The notes: generated by a model from the sequence alone, not told the origin. 64,000 bases of DNA from an uncultured Acidobacteriota bacterium (GCA_963764715.1 CAVXTP010000014.1:64001-128000); one strand, 5' to 3'; positions 48,894 to 59,203 are shown, counted from the stretch's first letter. Made by a program: numbers and translations.

Positions 48894-49622
48894 ATGCGTC
48901 TGAAAGCGACCCTTCTGGCGGCCCTGCTGATTCTCCCCACGGCCTCCCGCGTGGAAGCGGGCGGCGCCCCCGAGACGACCCCCAAGGCCAAAGAGAAGAA
49001 GAAGATCGTCGTGGTCTCGCCCGAGAAGGAGATCGTCGTCGACGACGACGGCGTCTTCGTCTCCGGCGACGAGGACTTCGAGACGTTCGCGGACCTGCGC
49101 GATTTCGAGGGCCTGCCCGGGTTCGGATGGTCCGAGGGCGGCGGCACCATCGGCGTGCGTCCCGTCGAGATGACGCCCGACCTTCGGGTTCACTTCGGCG
49201 CTCCGAAGGAGGCCGGCGTTTTCGTCGGCACGGTCGAGAAGGATTCGCCGGCCGCGAAGGCCGGGCTCCAGGTCGCCGACATCGTGACGACGGCCGACGG
49301 CGAGAAGATCGGATCGACGCGCGACCTCGTGCGCGCGATCCGGCGCAAGAAGGAGGGCGAGACCGTCAAGCTCGAGCTTCTGCGCAACCGCGCGCCGAAG
49401 ACGCTGACGGTGACGGTCGCCGAGCGCGAAGGCGGAAAGGTCCGCGTCGGCGACTTCGGGCCCGGGATGCGGAAGTTCAAGTTCCGCCACTGGGGCGTGC
49501 CCCCGGTCCCGCCCGCGCCCCCCGTCGCCCCGGTCCCTCCCGGCTCTCCGGATCTCCGGGAGCGGCTCGACGACCTCGAAAAGCGCCTCGACGCGCTCGA
49601 AGGGCGCACTCCGAAAAACTGA
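48894..49622 (+). CDS. Exported PDZ-domain protein
   Basis: VEKDSPAAKAGLQVADIV; signal peptide; C-terminal coiled coil; GGAGG SD. Confidence 0.88.
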   Translation: MRLKATLLAALLILPTASRVEAGGAPETTPKAKEKKKIVVVSPEKEIVVDDDGVFVSGDEDFETFADLRDFEGLPGFGWSEGGGTIGVRPVEMTPDLRVHFGAPKEAGVFVGTVEKDSPAAKAGLQVADIVTTADGEKIGSTRDLVRAIRRKKEGETVKLELLRNRAPKTLTVTVAEREGGKVRVGDFGPGMRKFKFRHWGVPPVPPAPPVAPVPPGSPDLRERLDDLEKRLDALEGRTPKN

Positions 49623-49646
49623 ACGAGATTCCTCAACCTTCCTCAC

Positions 49647-49678
49647 GGGCCGCCGGCCGATCCGGCGGCCCTTTTTTT
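49647..49678 (+). terminator. Intrinsic terminator
   Basis: GGGCCGCCGG-CCGAT-CCGGCGGCCC followed by T7. Confidence 0.9.
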
Positions 49679-49763
49679 CGCCTTCCCGGCGGGTCGGCCC
49701 CGCGAACGGCGGGATAGAGTTATCGAAACCGCGACGCCGTCGCCGAACCCGGGAGGCCCGCCC

Positions 49764-51086
49764 ATGTCGGAGCTCCGCCGCGACCTCACGCTCTATGACG
49801 CCATCAACCTGGTGATCGGCACGATCATCGGGTCCGGCATCTTCCTCGTCCCGGCCGAGATCGCACGGGCCGTCCACCAGCCCGGCTGGATGCTGGCGGT
49901 CTGGGTCATCGGCGGGGTCCTGACGATGCTCGGCGCGCTGTCGCTCGCCGAGCTCGGCGCCGCGATGCCCGACGCCGGCGGGATCTACTCCTTCATCACC
50001 CGCGGCTTCGGCCGGCTGCCCGGATTCCTCTGCGGCTGGATGCTCTTCACGGTCGCGACCTCCGGCTCGATCGCGACCCTCGGAGCGGCCTTCCCGATCT
50101 ACCTCGGGGCCTTCGTTCCCCTGAACCCGACGACCACGAAGGTGGTGGGCGTCCTCGCGATCGCTCTCCTGACGTGGATCAACATCGTCGGAGTCAAGAA
50201 TGGCGCGCGGGTCGGCAACGTGCTGACGGCGCTCAAGGTCGGCGGGCTCGTCGTCATGGTCGTCGTGATCTTCCTCCTGCCGGGCCCCGCGCCCGACGCG
50301 ACGCGCGCGCCCGCGGCGCCGCTCCCGACCGGGCCCGTGCCGCTGGCGGCGGTGGGCGTGGCGCTCGTCGCCGTGCTCTGGGCGTACGAGGGCTGGCACG
50401 ACGTCAGCTTCGCCGCCGGCGAGATCCACGAGCCGCAGAAGAACTTCCCGCGGGGCCTCATCGGCGGCGTGGCGATCGTGATCGCCCTGTACCTGCTGGC
50501 CAACCTCGCGTATCTCAAGGTGCTCACGCCGGCCGAGATCGCGGCCTCCGACCGCGTCGCGCTGACGGCGATGACGCGCGTGACCGGGGAGTGGGGCGGC
50601 AAGCTCCTGACCGCCGCGATTCTCTGCTCGATCCTCGGCGCGATGAACGCTCTCATCCTCGCCGGCCCCCGGGCCTACTACCAGATGGCCAAGGACGGCC
50701 TCTTCATCGACCGCGTCTCGCGCGTGCACCCGAAGTGGCGCACGCCCGTCGAGGCGCTGCTCTTCCAGGGACTGTGGTCCGGGTTCCTCGTCCTCATCAT
50801 CGGCGGCTTCTCGCAGCTCTTCACCTACGTGATCTTCGGGGGCTGGATCTTCTACGCCCTCGCCGTGCTGTCGGTGATCGCGCTGCGCAAGAAGGAGCCC
50901 GGCCTCGTGCGGCCGTACCGCGTGCCCGGCTACCCCTTCGTCCCGATCCTCTTCGGAGCGACCGCCCTGGCGATCGTCGTCAACACGCTCATCGAGACGC
51001 CGCGGGAGTCCCTGTTCGGCCTCGGCTTCATCGCGCTGGGGATTCCGGTGTACTGGCTCCAGCGGAAGCTCCGGCCGGCCCGCTGA
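49764..51086 (+). CDS. APC family amino acid permease
   Basis: GTIIGSGIF, AELGAAMP.AGG.Y, WAYEGW, RPYRVPGYP. Confidence 0.95.
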   Translation: MSELRRDLTLYDAINLVIGTIIGSGIFLVPAEIARAVHQPGWMLAVWVIGGVLTMLGALSLAELGAAMPDAGGIYSFITRGFGRLPGFLCGWMLFTVATSGSIATLGAAFPIYLGAFVPLNPTTTKVVGVLAIALLTWINIVGVKNGARVGNVLTALKVGGLVVMVVVIFLLPGPAPDATRAPAAPLPTGPVPLAAVGVALVAVLWAYEGWHDVSFAAGEIHEPQKNFPRGLIGGVAIVIALYLLANLAYLKVLTPAEIAASDRVALTAMTRVTGEWGGKLLTAAILCSILGAMNALILAGPRAYYQMAKDGLFIDRVSRVHPKWRTPVEALLFQGLWSGFLVLIIGGFSQLFTYVIFGGWIFYALAVLSVIALRKKEPGLVRPYRVPGYPFVPILFGATALAIVVNTLIETPRESLFGLGFIALGIPVYWLQRKLRPAR

Positions 51087-51609
51087 GCGCGGAGCGCGAG
51101 GCGGGGTCCTTCGCCCCTCCGCGTCCGATCGCCTTCGTCATCTCCTCGAGGCGCAGGCGCTCCAGGCTTTCGATCGGGAGTGCGGTGAAGAGACCGAGGC
51201 GTCGGAAGATCTCGACGGCGACCTTCCGGACGAGCCTCCGCTGCGGCTCCTCCCCGTCGACTCCGTCCGGATCCTCCGACCCCCAGTGCGCGACGATCGG
51301 CTGGCCCGGCCAGACCGGGCACGACTCGCGCGCCCGGTCGCACACCGTGATGACGAAGTCGAACCCCACGCCCCGGAACTCTTCCCAGGACTTGCTCCGC
51401 GCTCCGCTCACATCGACGTGGTACTCGTTCTTCAGCAGGTCGAGCACGAGCGGGTTCACGCGGCCGCGCGGGCTCGATCCGGCGCTGAACGCCTCGAACC
51501 GCAGTGGGTCGAGCTTCCGAAGAAGGAACTCCGCCAGGATGCTCCGGGCGGAATTGCCCGTGCACAGAAAGAGGACCTTGAATTTCTTCCGAGCGGATCC
51601 ATCGTCCAT
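51028..51609 (-). CDS. arsC: Arsenate reductase, LMW-PTP type
   Basis: CTGNSARS, ITVCD...CPVWPG, HWG..DP; GGAGG SD before ATG 51609. Confidence 0.92.
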   Translation of the reverse strand: MDDGSARKKFKVLFLCTGNSARSILAEFLLRKLDPLRFEAFSAGSSPRGRVNPLVLDLLKNEYHVDVSGARSKSWEEFRGVGFDFVITVCDRARESCPVWPGQPIVAHWGSEDPDGVDGEEPQRRLVRKVAVEIFRRLGLFTALPIESLERLRLEEMTKAIGRGGAKDPASRSALSGPAGASAGASTPESPAR

Positions 51610-51684
51610 CGATTCCTCCCCGCCGCGCGTCGGCGCGGCGTCGTTACGGTTCACGGACCGATGACGCCTTCCTTCAACGAAGCC

Positions 51685-52152
51685 TCAGCAGCAGGCCGCC
51701 GGAAGCGACGCCTTCTCCGTGCCCTCGGAAGTCGACGCCGCGGCGGCGGGCTGGCAACAGGTCGTCGTCGAATCGGCCTTCCGGTCGACGTCCTCCAGCA
51801 CCGTGTAGACCTCCCAGCGGTTGCCGTCGGGATCCGTCACCCAGAACTTTTCCTGGAGCGCGTAGCAGCAGGCTTCCCGCTTCTCCTCCTCGGTCGGAAG
51901 GCCGTTGACCCCTAAAGCGCTCTTCCACTGCCTCACCTGCTCGGGCGAGTCGACCCGGATGCCCAGATGCGAGAGGGCACCCGAACCGCGGATCTCGCCG
52001 GGCTGGAGGGCGAGATGGATCTCCGGTTCGGCGGCGACGAACTTCGCATAGTCCGCCTTGAGCTTGCGAGGCTCGCCGAGAAAGCGCCGATAGAAGTCGA
52101 CGGAACGGGAAAGATCCGAGACGTTCAGAGAGATGTGGACCGCAGACGGCAT
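51685..52152 (-). CDS. arsI: ArsI/CadI-like VOC-family metalloenzyme (C-As lyase-like)
   Basis: HISLNV, HLGI, ACCYALQEKFWVTDPDGNRWE, terminal CC. Confidence 0.88.
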   Translation of the reverse strand: MPSAVHISLNVSDLSRSVDFYRRFLGEPRKLKADYAKFVAAEPEIHLALQPGEIRGSGALSHLGIRVDSPEQVRQWKSALGVNGLPTEEEKREACCYALQEKFWVTDPDGNRWEVYTVLEDVDRKADSTTTCCQPAAAASTSEGTEKASLPAACC

Positions 52153-52205
52153 GAGAGCCTCCATTTCGAAAGATAATGAATGATCGATCTATCGAGCCAA
52201 TTTTT

Positions 52206-52514
52206 TTAGACGGCTTTGGCTACGGCCTCCGCGAGGCCGGCCAGGGCGGCCTCGTTTCTCCGGTAGAACACCCATCGGCCCCGCTTCTCGGCCTCGACGA
52301 GGCCGCTGCGCCGGAGCAGGTCCATGTGATGCGAGACGGCCGCCTGGGAAAGGCCCACGGCGGTCTCGATGTCGCAGGCGCAGAGTCCCCGCTCGTCGCG
52401 GGCGATGAGCTCGCAGCAGGACTGGCCGCGCGACCTCAGCAGGTCCAGGATTTTCAGACGCGTCGGGTCCCCCAGCGCCTTGAAGATGACCACCAGCTCA
52501 TCGGCACGTCTCAT
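52206..52514 (-). CDS. arsR: ArsR/SmtB family regulator
   Basis: FKALGDPTRLKIL, CC..LCACD, LSQAAVSHH, GRWVFY. Confidence 0.93.
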   Translation of the reverse strand: MRRADELVVIFKALGDPTRLKILDLLRSRGQSCCELIARDERGLCACDIETAVGLSQAAVSHHMDLLRRSGLVEAEKRGRWVFYRRNEAALAGLAEAVAKAV

Positions 52515-52552
52515 ACATCGATAAATGTAGAACTGACGAAACCTTCTGTCAA
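52514..52552 (-). promoter_or_regulatory. arsR promoter TTGACA-17-TACATT with an overlapping palindrome TACAT-N6-ATGTA (near-leaderless)
   Basis: -35 at 52552-52547, -10 at 52529-52524, ATG 9 nt downstream of the -10. Confidence 0.75.
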
Positions 52553-52737
52553 GCCCCCGGAGTGAATTGCCGGAGAATGGGCTAACTTATTCTGCTAAAA
52601 GAGCTTTAATGGCAAAAAGAATCTGCTGGAACTGGCATCCGGGCAAAATTTTTCTGCCCGAACGGCCTCGCCGGCAGACGATTTCTACCTGTCGCCGCTG
52701 CCGCCGAGCCAGACTCCGCATCCGGGTCGGGCGCATC

Positions 52738-52784
52738 TTGACGACGGCGCTCCGACGTCCGTATATTTCGTGTAGTGACGAAAT
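52738..52784 (+). promoter_or_regulatory. acr3 promoter TTGACG-18-TATATT with ArsR-type operator ATTTCGT-N6-ACGAAAT
   Basis: Perfect 7-bp arms at 52765-52784 overlapping the -10 and the ATG. Confidence 0.75.
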
Positions 52785-53979
52785 GACGAAACCGGTCCCT
52801 CCCCCGCCGGCACTCCACGCACCGAAGGTGTTGGAGCCGAGCGTGGCCGGGAAGCTTTCCCTGCTCGACCGCTACCTGACCGTCTGGATCTTCGCCGCGA
52901 TGGCCCTGGGCGTGGGAATCGGCTACTTCATCCCGGCCTCGCACGCGTTCATCAGCCGCTTCGACGTGGGGACGACCAACATCCCCATCGCGATCGGTCT
53001 GATCCTCATGATGTATCCGCCGTTGGCGAAGGTGAAGTACGAGCAGATGGGCCGAATCTTCCGCGACTGGAAGATCATCGGGCTGTCCCTGGCGCAGAAC
53101 TGGATCATCGGCCCGATCCTGATGTTCGCCCTGGCGGCGCTGTTCCTCCACAACCATCCGGAGCTGATGGTCGGGTTGATCCTGGTCGGCATCGCCCGCT
53201 GCATTGCGATGGTGCTGGTCTGGAACGAGCTGGCTGGAGGCAACAGCGAGTACGCCGCGGGGCTGGTGGCGGTCAACAGCGTCTTCCAGGTCCTGTTCTA
53301 CGGCCTGTTCGCCTGGGTGTTCGTGACCGTGCTGCCGGGCCGGCTCGGCATCGACCTGTCGGTCGTCCAGGGCGCCGGCGGAAAAACGCTCCGGGACATC
53401 ACCATCGGAGAGATTTTCCGGAGCGTGTCGATCTACCTGGGTATCCCCTTCGCCGCGGGCATTCTCAGCCGCGTCATCCTGCTGCCGACGAAGGGCCGGG
53501 AGTGGTACGAGAAGAAGTTCATTCCCCGCATCTCGCCGGTCACTCTGGTCGCGCTGCTCTTCACGATCGCGATCATGTTCAGCTTCAAGGGCGACAAGAT
53601 CGTGCAGTTTCCGATGAAGGTGCTGCTGGTCGCCATTCCGCTGACGTGCTACTTCGCGCTGATGTTCCTGGTCACCTTCTTCATGGCCCGGCGGCTCGGA
53701 AGCGACTACAGCCGTAGCGCGACCCTGGCCTTCACGGCCTCGGGCAACAACTTCGAGCTGGCGATCGCCGTTGCGATCGCCGTCTTCGGCATCACCTCCG
53801 ACGTCGCGTTCGCCACGGTCATCGGCCCGCTCGTCGAAGTGCCGGTGCTGATCGGCCTCGTCCACGTGAGCCTGTACTTCCTTCGCCGGTTCTATGGAGG
53901 CAAGGTCGAGGGCGACGGCCTCGGGGCGGCGACGGCGGAAATGTCACGGGGCTTCGCACCCCGGAGGACGACGAAGTAA
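52783..53979 (+). CDS. acr3: Arsenite efflux transporter ACR3
   Basis: [45 protein letters not shown]. Confidence 0.97.
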   Translation: MTKPVPPPPALHAPKVLEPSVAGKLSLLDRYLTVWIFAAMALGVGIGYFIPASHAFISRFDVGTTNIPIAIGLILMMYPPLAKVKYEQMGRIFRDWKIIGLSLAQNWIIGPILMFALAALFLHNHPELMVGLILVGIARCIAMVLVWNELAGGNSEYAAGLVAVNSVFQVLFYGLFAWVFVTVLPGRLGIDLSVVQGAGGKTLRDITIGEIFRSVSIYLGIPFAAGILSRVILLPTKGREWYEKKFIPRISPVTLVALLFTIAIMFSFKGDKIVQFPMKVLLVAIPLTCYFALMFLVTFFMARRLGSDYSRSATLAFTASGNNFELAIAVAIAVFGITSDVAFATVIGPLVEVPVLIGLVHVSLYFLRRFYGGKVEGDGLGAATAEMSRGFAPRRTTK

Positions 53980-54410
53980 TGCCAAAGCTTCCCGAGCTCG
54001 TGCGCATTCACAAGGCGCTGGCTCACCCGGTCCGTCTCCGCATCCTCGCGATGCTGCGGCGCGGCCCCCTCTGCGTCTGCCAGATGACGGCGGTCCTGCA
54101 GCTCGCCGCCTCCACCGTCTCGGCCCACCTGTCGGACCTGCGCCGGTCCGATCTCGTCCTGGAGCGCAAGGCCGGGAAGTGGGTCGAGTACCGCCTTGCG
54201 GACGATGCTTCCGACGCGGCCCTCGCAAGCATTCCCTGGGGAGACCTCGAGAAGGACACCATGGTCACGCGGGACCGGGCGCTTCTGAAGGAGCTCCGCA
54301 AGGTGCCCCTCGAGGAGCTCTGTCGCGTCGACCTCGATCTCTCCCGGCTCGGAATCCGGCTCCCCGTCCGGGACGCTCCCGCCTCCTCGAAACGCACGGA
54401 AAGCGCATGA
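53979..54410 (+). CDS. arsR: Second ArsR/SmtB family regulator
   Basis: KALAHPVRLRIL, LCVCQ, STVSAHL, GKWVEY. Confidence 0.92.
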   Translation: MPKLPELVRIHKALAHPVRLRILAMLRRGPLCVCQMTAVLQLAASTVSAHLSDLRRSDLVLERKAGKWVEYRLADDASDAALASIPWGDLEKDTMVTRDRALLKELRKVPLEELCRVDLDLSRLGIRLPVRDAPASSKRTESA

Positions 54411-55510
54411 CTCCGCAGATCCCGGCCACGCCCGCAAGCGTCTTTCCTTCCGGCGGCTCGCTCCCGGTCTTCAATCCGCCCGCGGCTCCGCCGGCCTCCC
54501 TGCCCCGCCGCCTCGCCCTCGTCGCCGGCGCAGGTCTCGCCTGGCTTCTCCTCTACGCGAGCCTCCCGGCGATTGCCGGCTGGATCACCCACGGGCTCCT
54601 TGGACTGCCGCCCGCGGGCCGCCTGTCCGAGGCGGTCCAGTTCTTCACCTACGACGCCCCGAAGGTGTTTCTCCTCCTCGTCGCCGTCGTCTACGCGGTC
54701 GGGATCGTCCACACCTTCGTGACGCCCGAACGGACGCGCCGGCTCCTCGCCGGCCGGCGCGAGGCGGCCGGCTACCCGCTCGCCGCCGCTCTCGGCGTCG
54801 TGACACCGTTCTGCTCGTGCTCGGCGGTGCCCCTCTTCATCGGGTTCGTCACGGCGGGCGTGCCGCTGGGCGTCACCTTCACGTTCCTGGTCGCGGCGCC
54901 CATGGTCAACGAGGTCGCACTCGTGCTCCTCCTCGGGCTCTTCGGCTGGAAGGTCGCGGGACTCTATCTCGTGACCGGCCTGGCCGTCGCAACGGCCGCC
55001 GGCGCCGTCATCGGGCGCCTCCACATGGAGGGCTCGGTGGAGGACTGGCTCTTCGCGACGCGGGCGAGCACCGAGCTCCGGGTGAACGCCCCCACGTGGG
55101 CGCAGCGGCTCGGCGACGCAGCCCTGTCGGTCCGCGACGTCGTCGGAAAGGTCTGGCTCTACCTCGTCGCCGGCATCGCGGTGGGGGCCATCATCCACGG
55201 CTACGTCCCGACCGACTTCATGGCGTCGTTCATGGGCCGGTCCTCGTGGTGGGCCGTGCCGCTCGCCGTCCTCATCGGCATCCCGATCTACTCGAACGCG
55301 GCGGGCGTCGTGCCGGTCGTCCAGGCGCTCCTCGCCAAGGGCGCGGCGCTCGGGACCGTGCTCGCCTTCATGATGGCGGTGATCGGGCTGTCGCTGCCCG
55401 AGACGATCCTCCTTCGCAAGGTCCTGAAGCGCCGGCTCATCGTCGTGTTCATCACCGTCGTCGCCATTGGAATCCTTCTCGTCGGCTATCTCTTCAACGC
55501 CATCCTCTGA
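54407..55510 (+). CDS. arsP: ArsP-like permease (DUF318)
   Basis: TPFCSCSAVP, APMVNE, SLPE; multiple TM segments. Confidence 0.9.
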   Translation: MTPQIPATPASVFPSGGSLPVFNPPAAPPASLPRRLALVAGAGLAWLLLYASLPAIAGWITHGLLGLPPAGRLSEAVQFFTYDAPKVFLLLVAVVYAVGIVHTFVTPERTRRLLAGRREAAGYPLAAALGVVTPFCSCSAVPLFIGFVTAGVPLGVTFTFLVAAPMVNEVALVLLLGLFGWKVAGLYLVTGLAVATAAGAVIGRLHMEGSVEDWLFATRASTELRVNAPTWAQRLGDAALSVRDVVGKVWLYLVAGIAVGAIIHGYVPTDFMASFMGRSSWWAVPLAVLIGIPIYSNAAGVVPVVQALLAKGAALGTVLAFMMAVIGLSLPETILLRKVLKRRLIVVFITVVAIGILLVGYLFNAIL

Positions 55511-55544
55511 TCCCAACCTGGTGAGTCACCAACCGGAGGCGCCC

Positions 55545-55793
55545 ATGGACACCATTCGAAAGATCGAGATCCTCGGCCCCGGCTGCAGCCGGTGCAAAGA
55601 GACGTACCGCGTCGTTCAGCAAGTGGTGGCCGAGGCCGGTGCGAGTTTCGAGGTGACGAAGGACGATTCCATCGAACGGATGCTCGAGCTCGGACTTCTC
55701 GCGACCCCCGGAGTCGTGGTGGACGGGAACGTAATGCTGTCGGGCCGCGTTCCGAAGCCTCAGGAAGTCCGCAGGCTCCTCGGCCTCGGATGA
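55545..55793 (+). CDS. Small thioredoxin-like redox-active disulfide protein
   Basis: [21 protein letters not shown]; GGAGG SD. Confidence 0.9.
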   Translation: MDTIRKIEILGPGCSRCKETYRVVQQVVAEAGASFEVTKDDSIERMLELGLLATPGVVVDGNVMLSGRVPKPQEVRRLLGLG

Positions 55794-56221
55794 CGAAGGG
55801 CGTCCTCTTCCTCTGCGTCGCGAACTCCGCCCGCAGCCAGATGGCCGAGGGGCTCGCACGCGCGGCGTTTGGCGATCGAGTCCCGGTGGCGAGCGCAGGC
55901 TCGCACCCCACAGGCCTGAACCCGCTCGCGGTCAAGGCCCTCGCGGAGCTCGGCATCGACATCTCCGGGCAGCGCTCGAAATCCGTCGATTCCATCGATC
56001 CCAGCACGGTGGGCCTCGTCGTGACCCTCTGCGCGGACTAGGTCTGTCCGGTCTTCCTGGGCGAGGCCCGCCGCCTCCATTGGCCGCTCCCCGACCCGGC
56101 CGGGGCCCGGGGGACGGACGAGGAGCGCCTGGCGAAGTTCCGCCAGGTGCGCGACGAGATTCGCCGTTGGTTGCCATCCCTCTTCGAGGCTTCCGCCGGC
56201 ATCTCCGCACCCAGGACCTAA
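55790..56221 (+). pseudogene. arsC: Second arsC interrupted by an in-frame TAG at 56039-56041
   Basis: [12 protein letters not shown]...VTLCAD*VCPVF...HWPLPDP...FRQVRDEI; the frame continues to TAA at 56221. Confidence 0.88.
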
Positions 56222-56322
56222 CGACACAGGAAACGAGTACCGGGGAAATCCGGCTGAGGCTCGTCAGACGCGAAGGCGATCCAAAGACTCCGGCTATCCG
56301 CCTCGGCCGGCACTCTGGCCCG

Positions 56323-57660
56323 CTACCGCGCCCCCGCTGCCTCGAAGGACTCGCGGATGATCGCGAGGGCCTCCTCGATGTCCGAGCGTCCGACGTTCAG
56401 GGCCGGCGCCACGCGGAAGACGTTGCCGTCGAGGCCGCTCTTTCCGACGAGGAGGCCGCGCCGGCGCGTTTCCTCGAAGACGCGATTCGTCAGGGCCTTC
56501 TCGGGCGTGCGGTTGCCCGCGGGTTCGTCTTCGACGAGCTCGATCGCCTGCATGAGGCCCATCCCGCGCACGTCGCCGACGTTCTTCGGGAAGCGGCGCT
56601 TGAGCTCCTCGAAGCCGTCGCGCAGGACCCGGCCCATCCGCTCGGCGTTGCCGGGCAGGTCCTCCTCCTCGATGATGCGGATCGTCGCGTTCGCCGCTGC
56701 GCACGCGACCGGGTTACCGCCGAAGGTCGAGATCGTCAGCGCCTTCAGCGAGGCCGCGATCTCGGGCGTCGCGACGCAGGCGCCGAGGGGCAGGCCGTTG
56801 GCGATGCCCTTGGCCATCGTCATGATGTCGGGCGCGACGCCGTAGTGCTCGATGCCCCAGAACTTGCCGCCGGTGCGGCCGAAGCCCGTCTGGACCTCGT
56901 CGCAGATGAAGACGCCGCCGTACTTCCTGACGATCCCGACGGCGATCTCGAAGTACTCCGGCGGCGGCGTGATGAAGCCGCCGACGCCCTGGATCGTCTC
57001 GGCGAGAAAGCCCGCGATCCGGCCGGAGGTCGTCGTCCGGATCAGCTCCTCGATGTCCTTCGCGCAGGCGACGCCGCAGGAGGGATACGTCAGTTTCAGC
57101 GGGCAGCGGTAGCAGTACGGCGCCATCGCGTGCTTGATGCCTGGGACCGGCGAAGCCAGCGGCTTCCAGGTCGAGACGGCCGTCAGCGACTGGGCGAGCA
57201 TCGAGCGTCCGGAGTAGCCGTGGCGCAGGGCGACGATCTCGGAGGCCCCGGTGTGGAGCTGCGCGAGCATGACCGCGGTCTCGTCGGCCTCCGTGCCCGA
57301 GCTCGCGAGGAAGCTCTGCCGCATGCGCCCGGGCGCCAGGCGCGCGAGCGTCTCGGCGAGCTCGACGGCGGGGATCGTCGGGTAGAGCGTCGAGACGTGC
57401 GAGAGCCGGCTGATCTGCGCGACGACGGCGGCGTTGACCTTCTCGTTGGCGTGGCCGACGGAGACGGTCAGGATCCCCCCGAAGAAATCGAGGTACTCGT
57501 TGCCGTCGGCGTCCTTGATCCGGAGGCCCCGGCCCTCCGTCAGGACGAGGGGCTCGGCGTAGTACTGGATCGTCGCGGGAAGCATGTACTCCTTGTGCTT
57601 CTCGCGGACCTCGCGCGTCGTCGCGCTCGTCGGGGCCTGGGCCTTCGTCGTCGTGGTCAT
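56323..57660 (-). CDS. Class III PLP aminotransferase (AGXT2 / beta-alanine--pyruvate-like)
   Basis: YLDFFGG, AETIQGVGG, DEVQTGFGRTG, MAKGIANG, TFGGNP. Confidence 0.93.
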   Translation of the reverse strand: MTTTTKAQAPTSATTREVREKHKEYMLPATIQYYAEPLVLTEGRGLRIKDADGNEYLDFFGGILTVSVGHANEKVNAAVVAQISRLSHVSTLYPTIPAVELAETLARLAPGRMRQSFLASSGTEADETAVMLAQLHTGASEIVALRHGYSGRSMLAQSLTAVSTWKPLASPVPGIKHAMAPYCYRCPLKLTYPSCGVACAKDIEELIRTTTSGRIAGFLAETIQGVGGFITPPPEYFEIAVGIVRKYGGVFICDEVQTGFGRTGGKFWGIEHYGVAPDIMTMAKGIANGLPLGACVATPEIAASLKALTISTFGGNPVACAAANATIRIIEEEDLPGNAERMGRVLRDGFEELKRRFPKNVGDVRGMGLMQAIELVEDEPAGNRTPEKALTNRVFEETRRRGLLVGKSGLDGNVFRVAPALNVGRSDIEEALAIIRESFEAAGAR

Positions 57661-57686
57661 CGGAATCACCTCGAGCCGGGATCGGC

Positions 57687-57743
57687 GTAGGGGCGGGGCT
57701 TGTCCCCGCCCGGTTCAACAGGGCGGCCACAAGGGCCGCCCCT
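57687..57743 (+). repeat. GTAG-type REP doublet, copy 4
   Basis: GTAGGGGCGGGGCTTGTCCCCGCCC plus GGGCGGCCACAAGGGCCGCCCCT. Confidence 0.85.
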
Positions 57744-57754
57744 GGGACCGGGAC

Positions 57755-59203
57755 CTAAAACCAGCGTGAAATCACCACTTTCTTGTCCGTGTAGAACTCG
57801 TAGGCGTCGCGCCCGTGCGCCTTGAGGTCGCCGAAGAAGCTGTCCTTGGCCCCTCCGAACGGGAACTGGGCCATCGGCGCCGCCACGCCGATGTTCACCC
57901 CGACCATCGACGCGGTCGCGAGCCGCGCAAACTCCCGCGCGGCCTTGCCGCTCGACGTGAAGATCGAGGTCGCGTTCGCGTTCGGGTGGGCCTGCATGAC
58001 GCGGATCGCCTCCTCGAGGCTCCCGACGGGCGTGATGGACGCCACCGGGCCGAAGATCTCCTCGCGGCCGATCGCCATCCCGGGCGACACACCGTCGAAG
58101 ATCGTCGGTCCGAGGAAGAAGCCCTTCGCCCGGCTGGCCACGGGGTGCGCCCGGCCGTCGAGGACGAGACGGGCGCCCTCGGCGACGCCCTTCTCGATGT
58201 AGGAGACGACGCGCCGCCGGTGCGTGTCGCTGATGACCGGGCCCATCTCGACGCCCGGGGCCGCGCCGTCCCCGACCTTCAGCGCGTTCGCCGCCGTGGC
58301 GAGGCGCTCGCGCGCCTCCGCGTGGACGGGGCCGACGGGCAGCAGCACGCTGCCGGCGAGGCAGCGCTCGCCGGCGCAGCCGAAGAAGGACTCCGTGAGG
58401 ATCTCGATCGTCCGGTCGAGATCGGCGTCCGGCATCACGACGACGAAGTTCTTCGCGCCTCCGAGGGCCTGGACCCGCTTGCCCGCGTGCGTGGCGCGCC
58501 GGTATACGGCCTGCGCCACCGCCGTCGAACCGACGAAGGACACCGCGCGGATGCCGGGATGGTCGCAGATCGCTTCGACGACGGCGCGCCCCCCGTTGAC
58601 CAGGTTGACGACACCCGGCGGCAGGCCGCACTCCTCTAGAAGCGTCGCCATCAGGCGCTGCGTCAGGGGGACCTGCTCCGACGGCTTGACGATGAACGTG
58701 TTGCCCGTCGCGACGGCGAACGGGAGGAACCAGAGGGGCACCATCGCCGGAAAGTTGAAGGGCGCGATCGCGGCGCAGACGCCGAGCGGCTGGCGCAGCA
58801 CCTGGCAGTCGATGCCGGAGGCGATGTTCTCGAGGCCGTAGCCCATCATGAGCGAGGGCGTGCCGCAGGCCACCTCGACGCACTCGATCCCGCGCCGCAC
58901 ACTGCCCCGGGACTCGTCGAGGGTCTTGCCGTGCTCGCGCGTCACGGTCGCGGCGATCTCGTCGAAGTGCTCCTCGAGGAGCTCGCGGAACCGGAACATC
59001 GTGCGCGCGCGCGCGACGACGGGGGTGTCGCGCCAGCCGGGGAAGGCGGCCTTCGCGGCGGCGACCGCCCGATCGAGGTCCTCGCCGGTCGAGAGGGGGG
59101 TGCGCGCGATGACTTCGCCCGTCGCGGGGTTGTGGACGTCGAGGAAATCGGTCGCTCGCGAAGAGACCCAGGACCCGGCGATGAAGTTGGGGAGCGATTC
59201 CAG
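57755..59203 (-). CDS. mmsA: CoA-acylating (methyl)malonate-semialdehyde dehydrogenase; probable CTG start
   Basis: PFNFPAM, KPSE, SFVGST, GGAKN, GCAGERCLA, EIFGPV; the frame extends 68 codons upstream of the ORF-track ATG (NFIAGSW...NPATGEV). Confidence 0.93.
   Translation of the reverse strand: MESLPNFIAGSWVSSRATDFLDVHNPATGEVIARTPLSTGEDLDRAVAAAKAAFPGWRDTPVVARARTMFRFRELLEEHFDEIAATVTREHGKTLDESRGSVRRGIECVEVACGTPSLMMGYGLENIASGIDCQVLRQPLGVCAAIAPFNFPAMVPLWFLPFAVATGNTFIVKPSEQVPLTQRLMATLLEECGLPPGVVNLVNGGRAVVEAICDHPGIRAVSFVGSTAVAQAVYRRATHAGKRVQALGGAKNFVVVMPDADLDRTIEILTESFFGCAGERCLAGSVLLPVGPVHAEARERLATAANALKVGDGAAPGVEMGPVISDTHRRRVVSYIEKGVAEGARLVLDGRAHPVASRAKGFFLGPTIFDGVSPGMAIGREEIFGPVASITPVGSLEEAIRVMQAHPNANATSIFTSSGKAAREFARLATASMVGVNIGVAAPMAQFPFGGAKDSFFGDLKAHGRDAYEFYTDKKVVISRWF

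Noticed and set aside
56039-56041. Pyrrolysine or selenocysteine recoding in arsC
   Set aside because: The codon is TAG at a non-catalytic Glu position, TAG is used as a normal stop elsewhere in the window, and no pyl genes are present.
56323-59203. mmsA plus class III aminotransferase as a novel pathway
   Set aside because: It matches the known beta-alanine / aminoisobutyrate catabolic pair.
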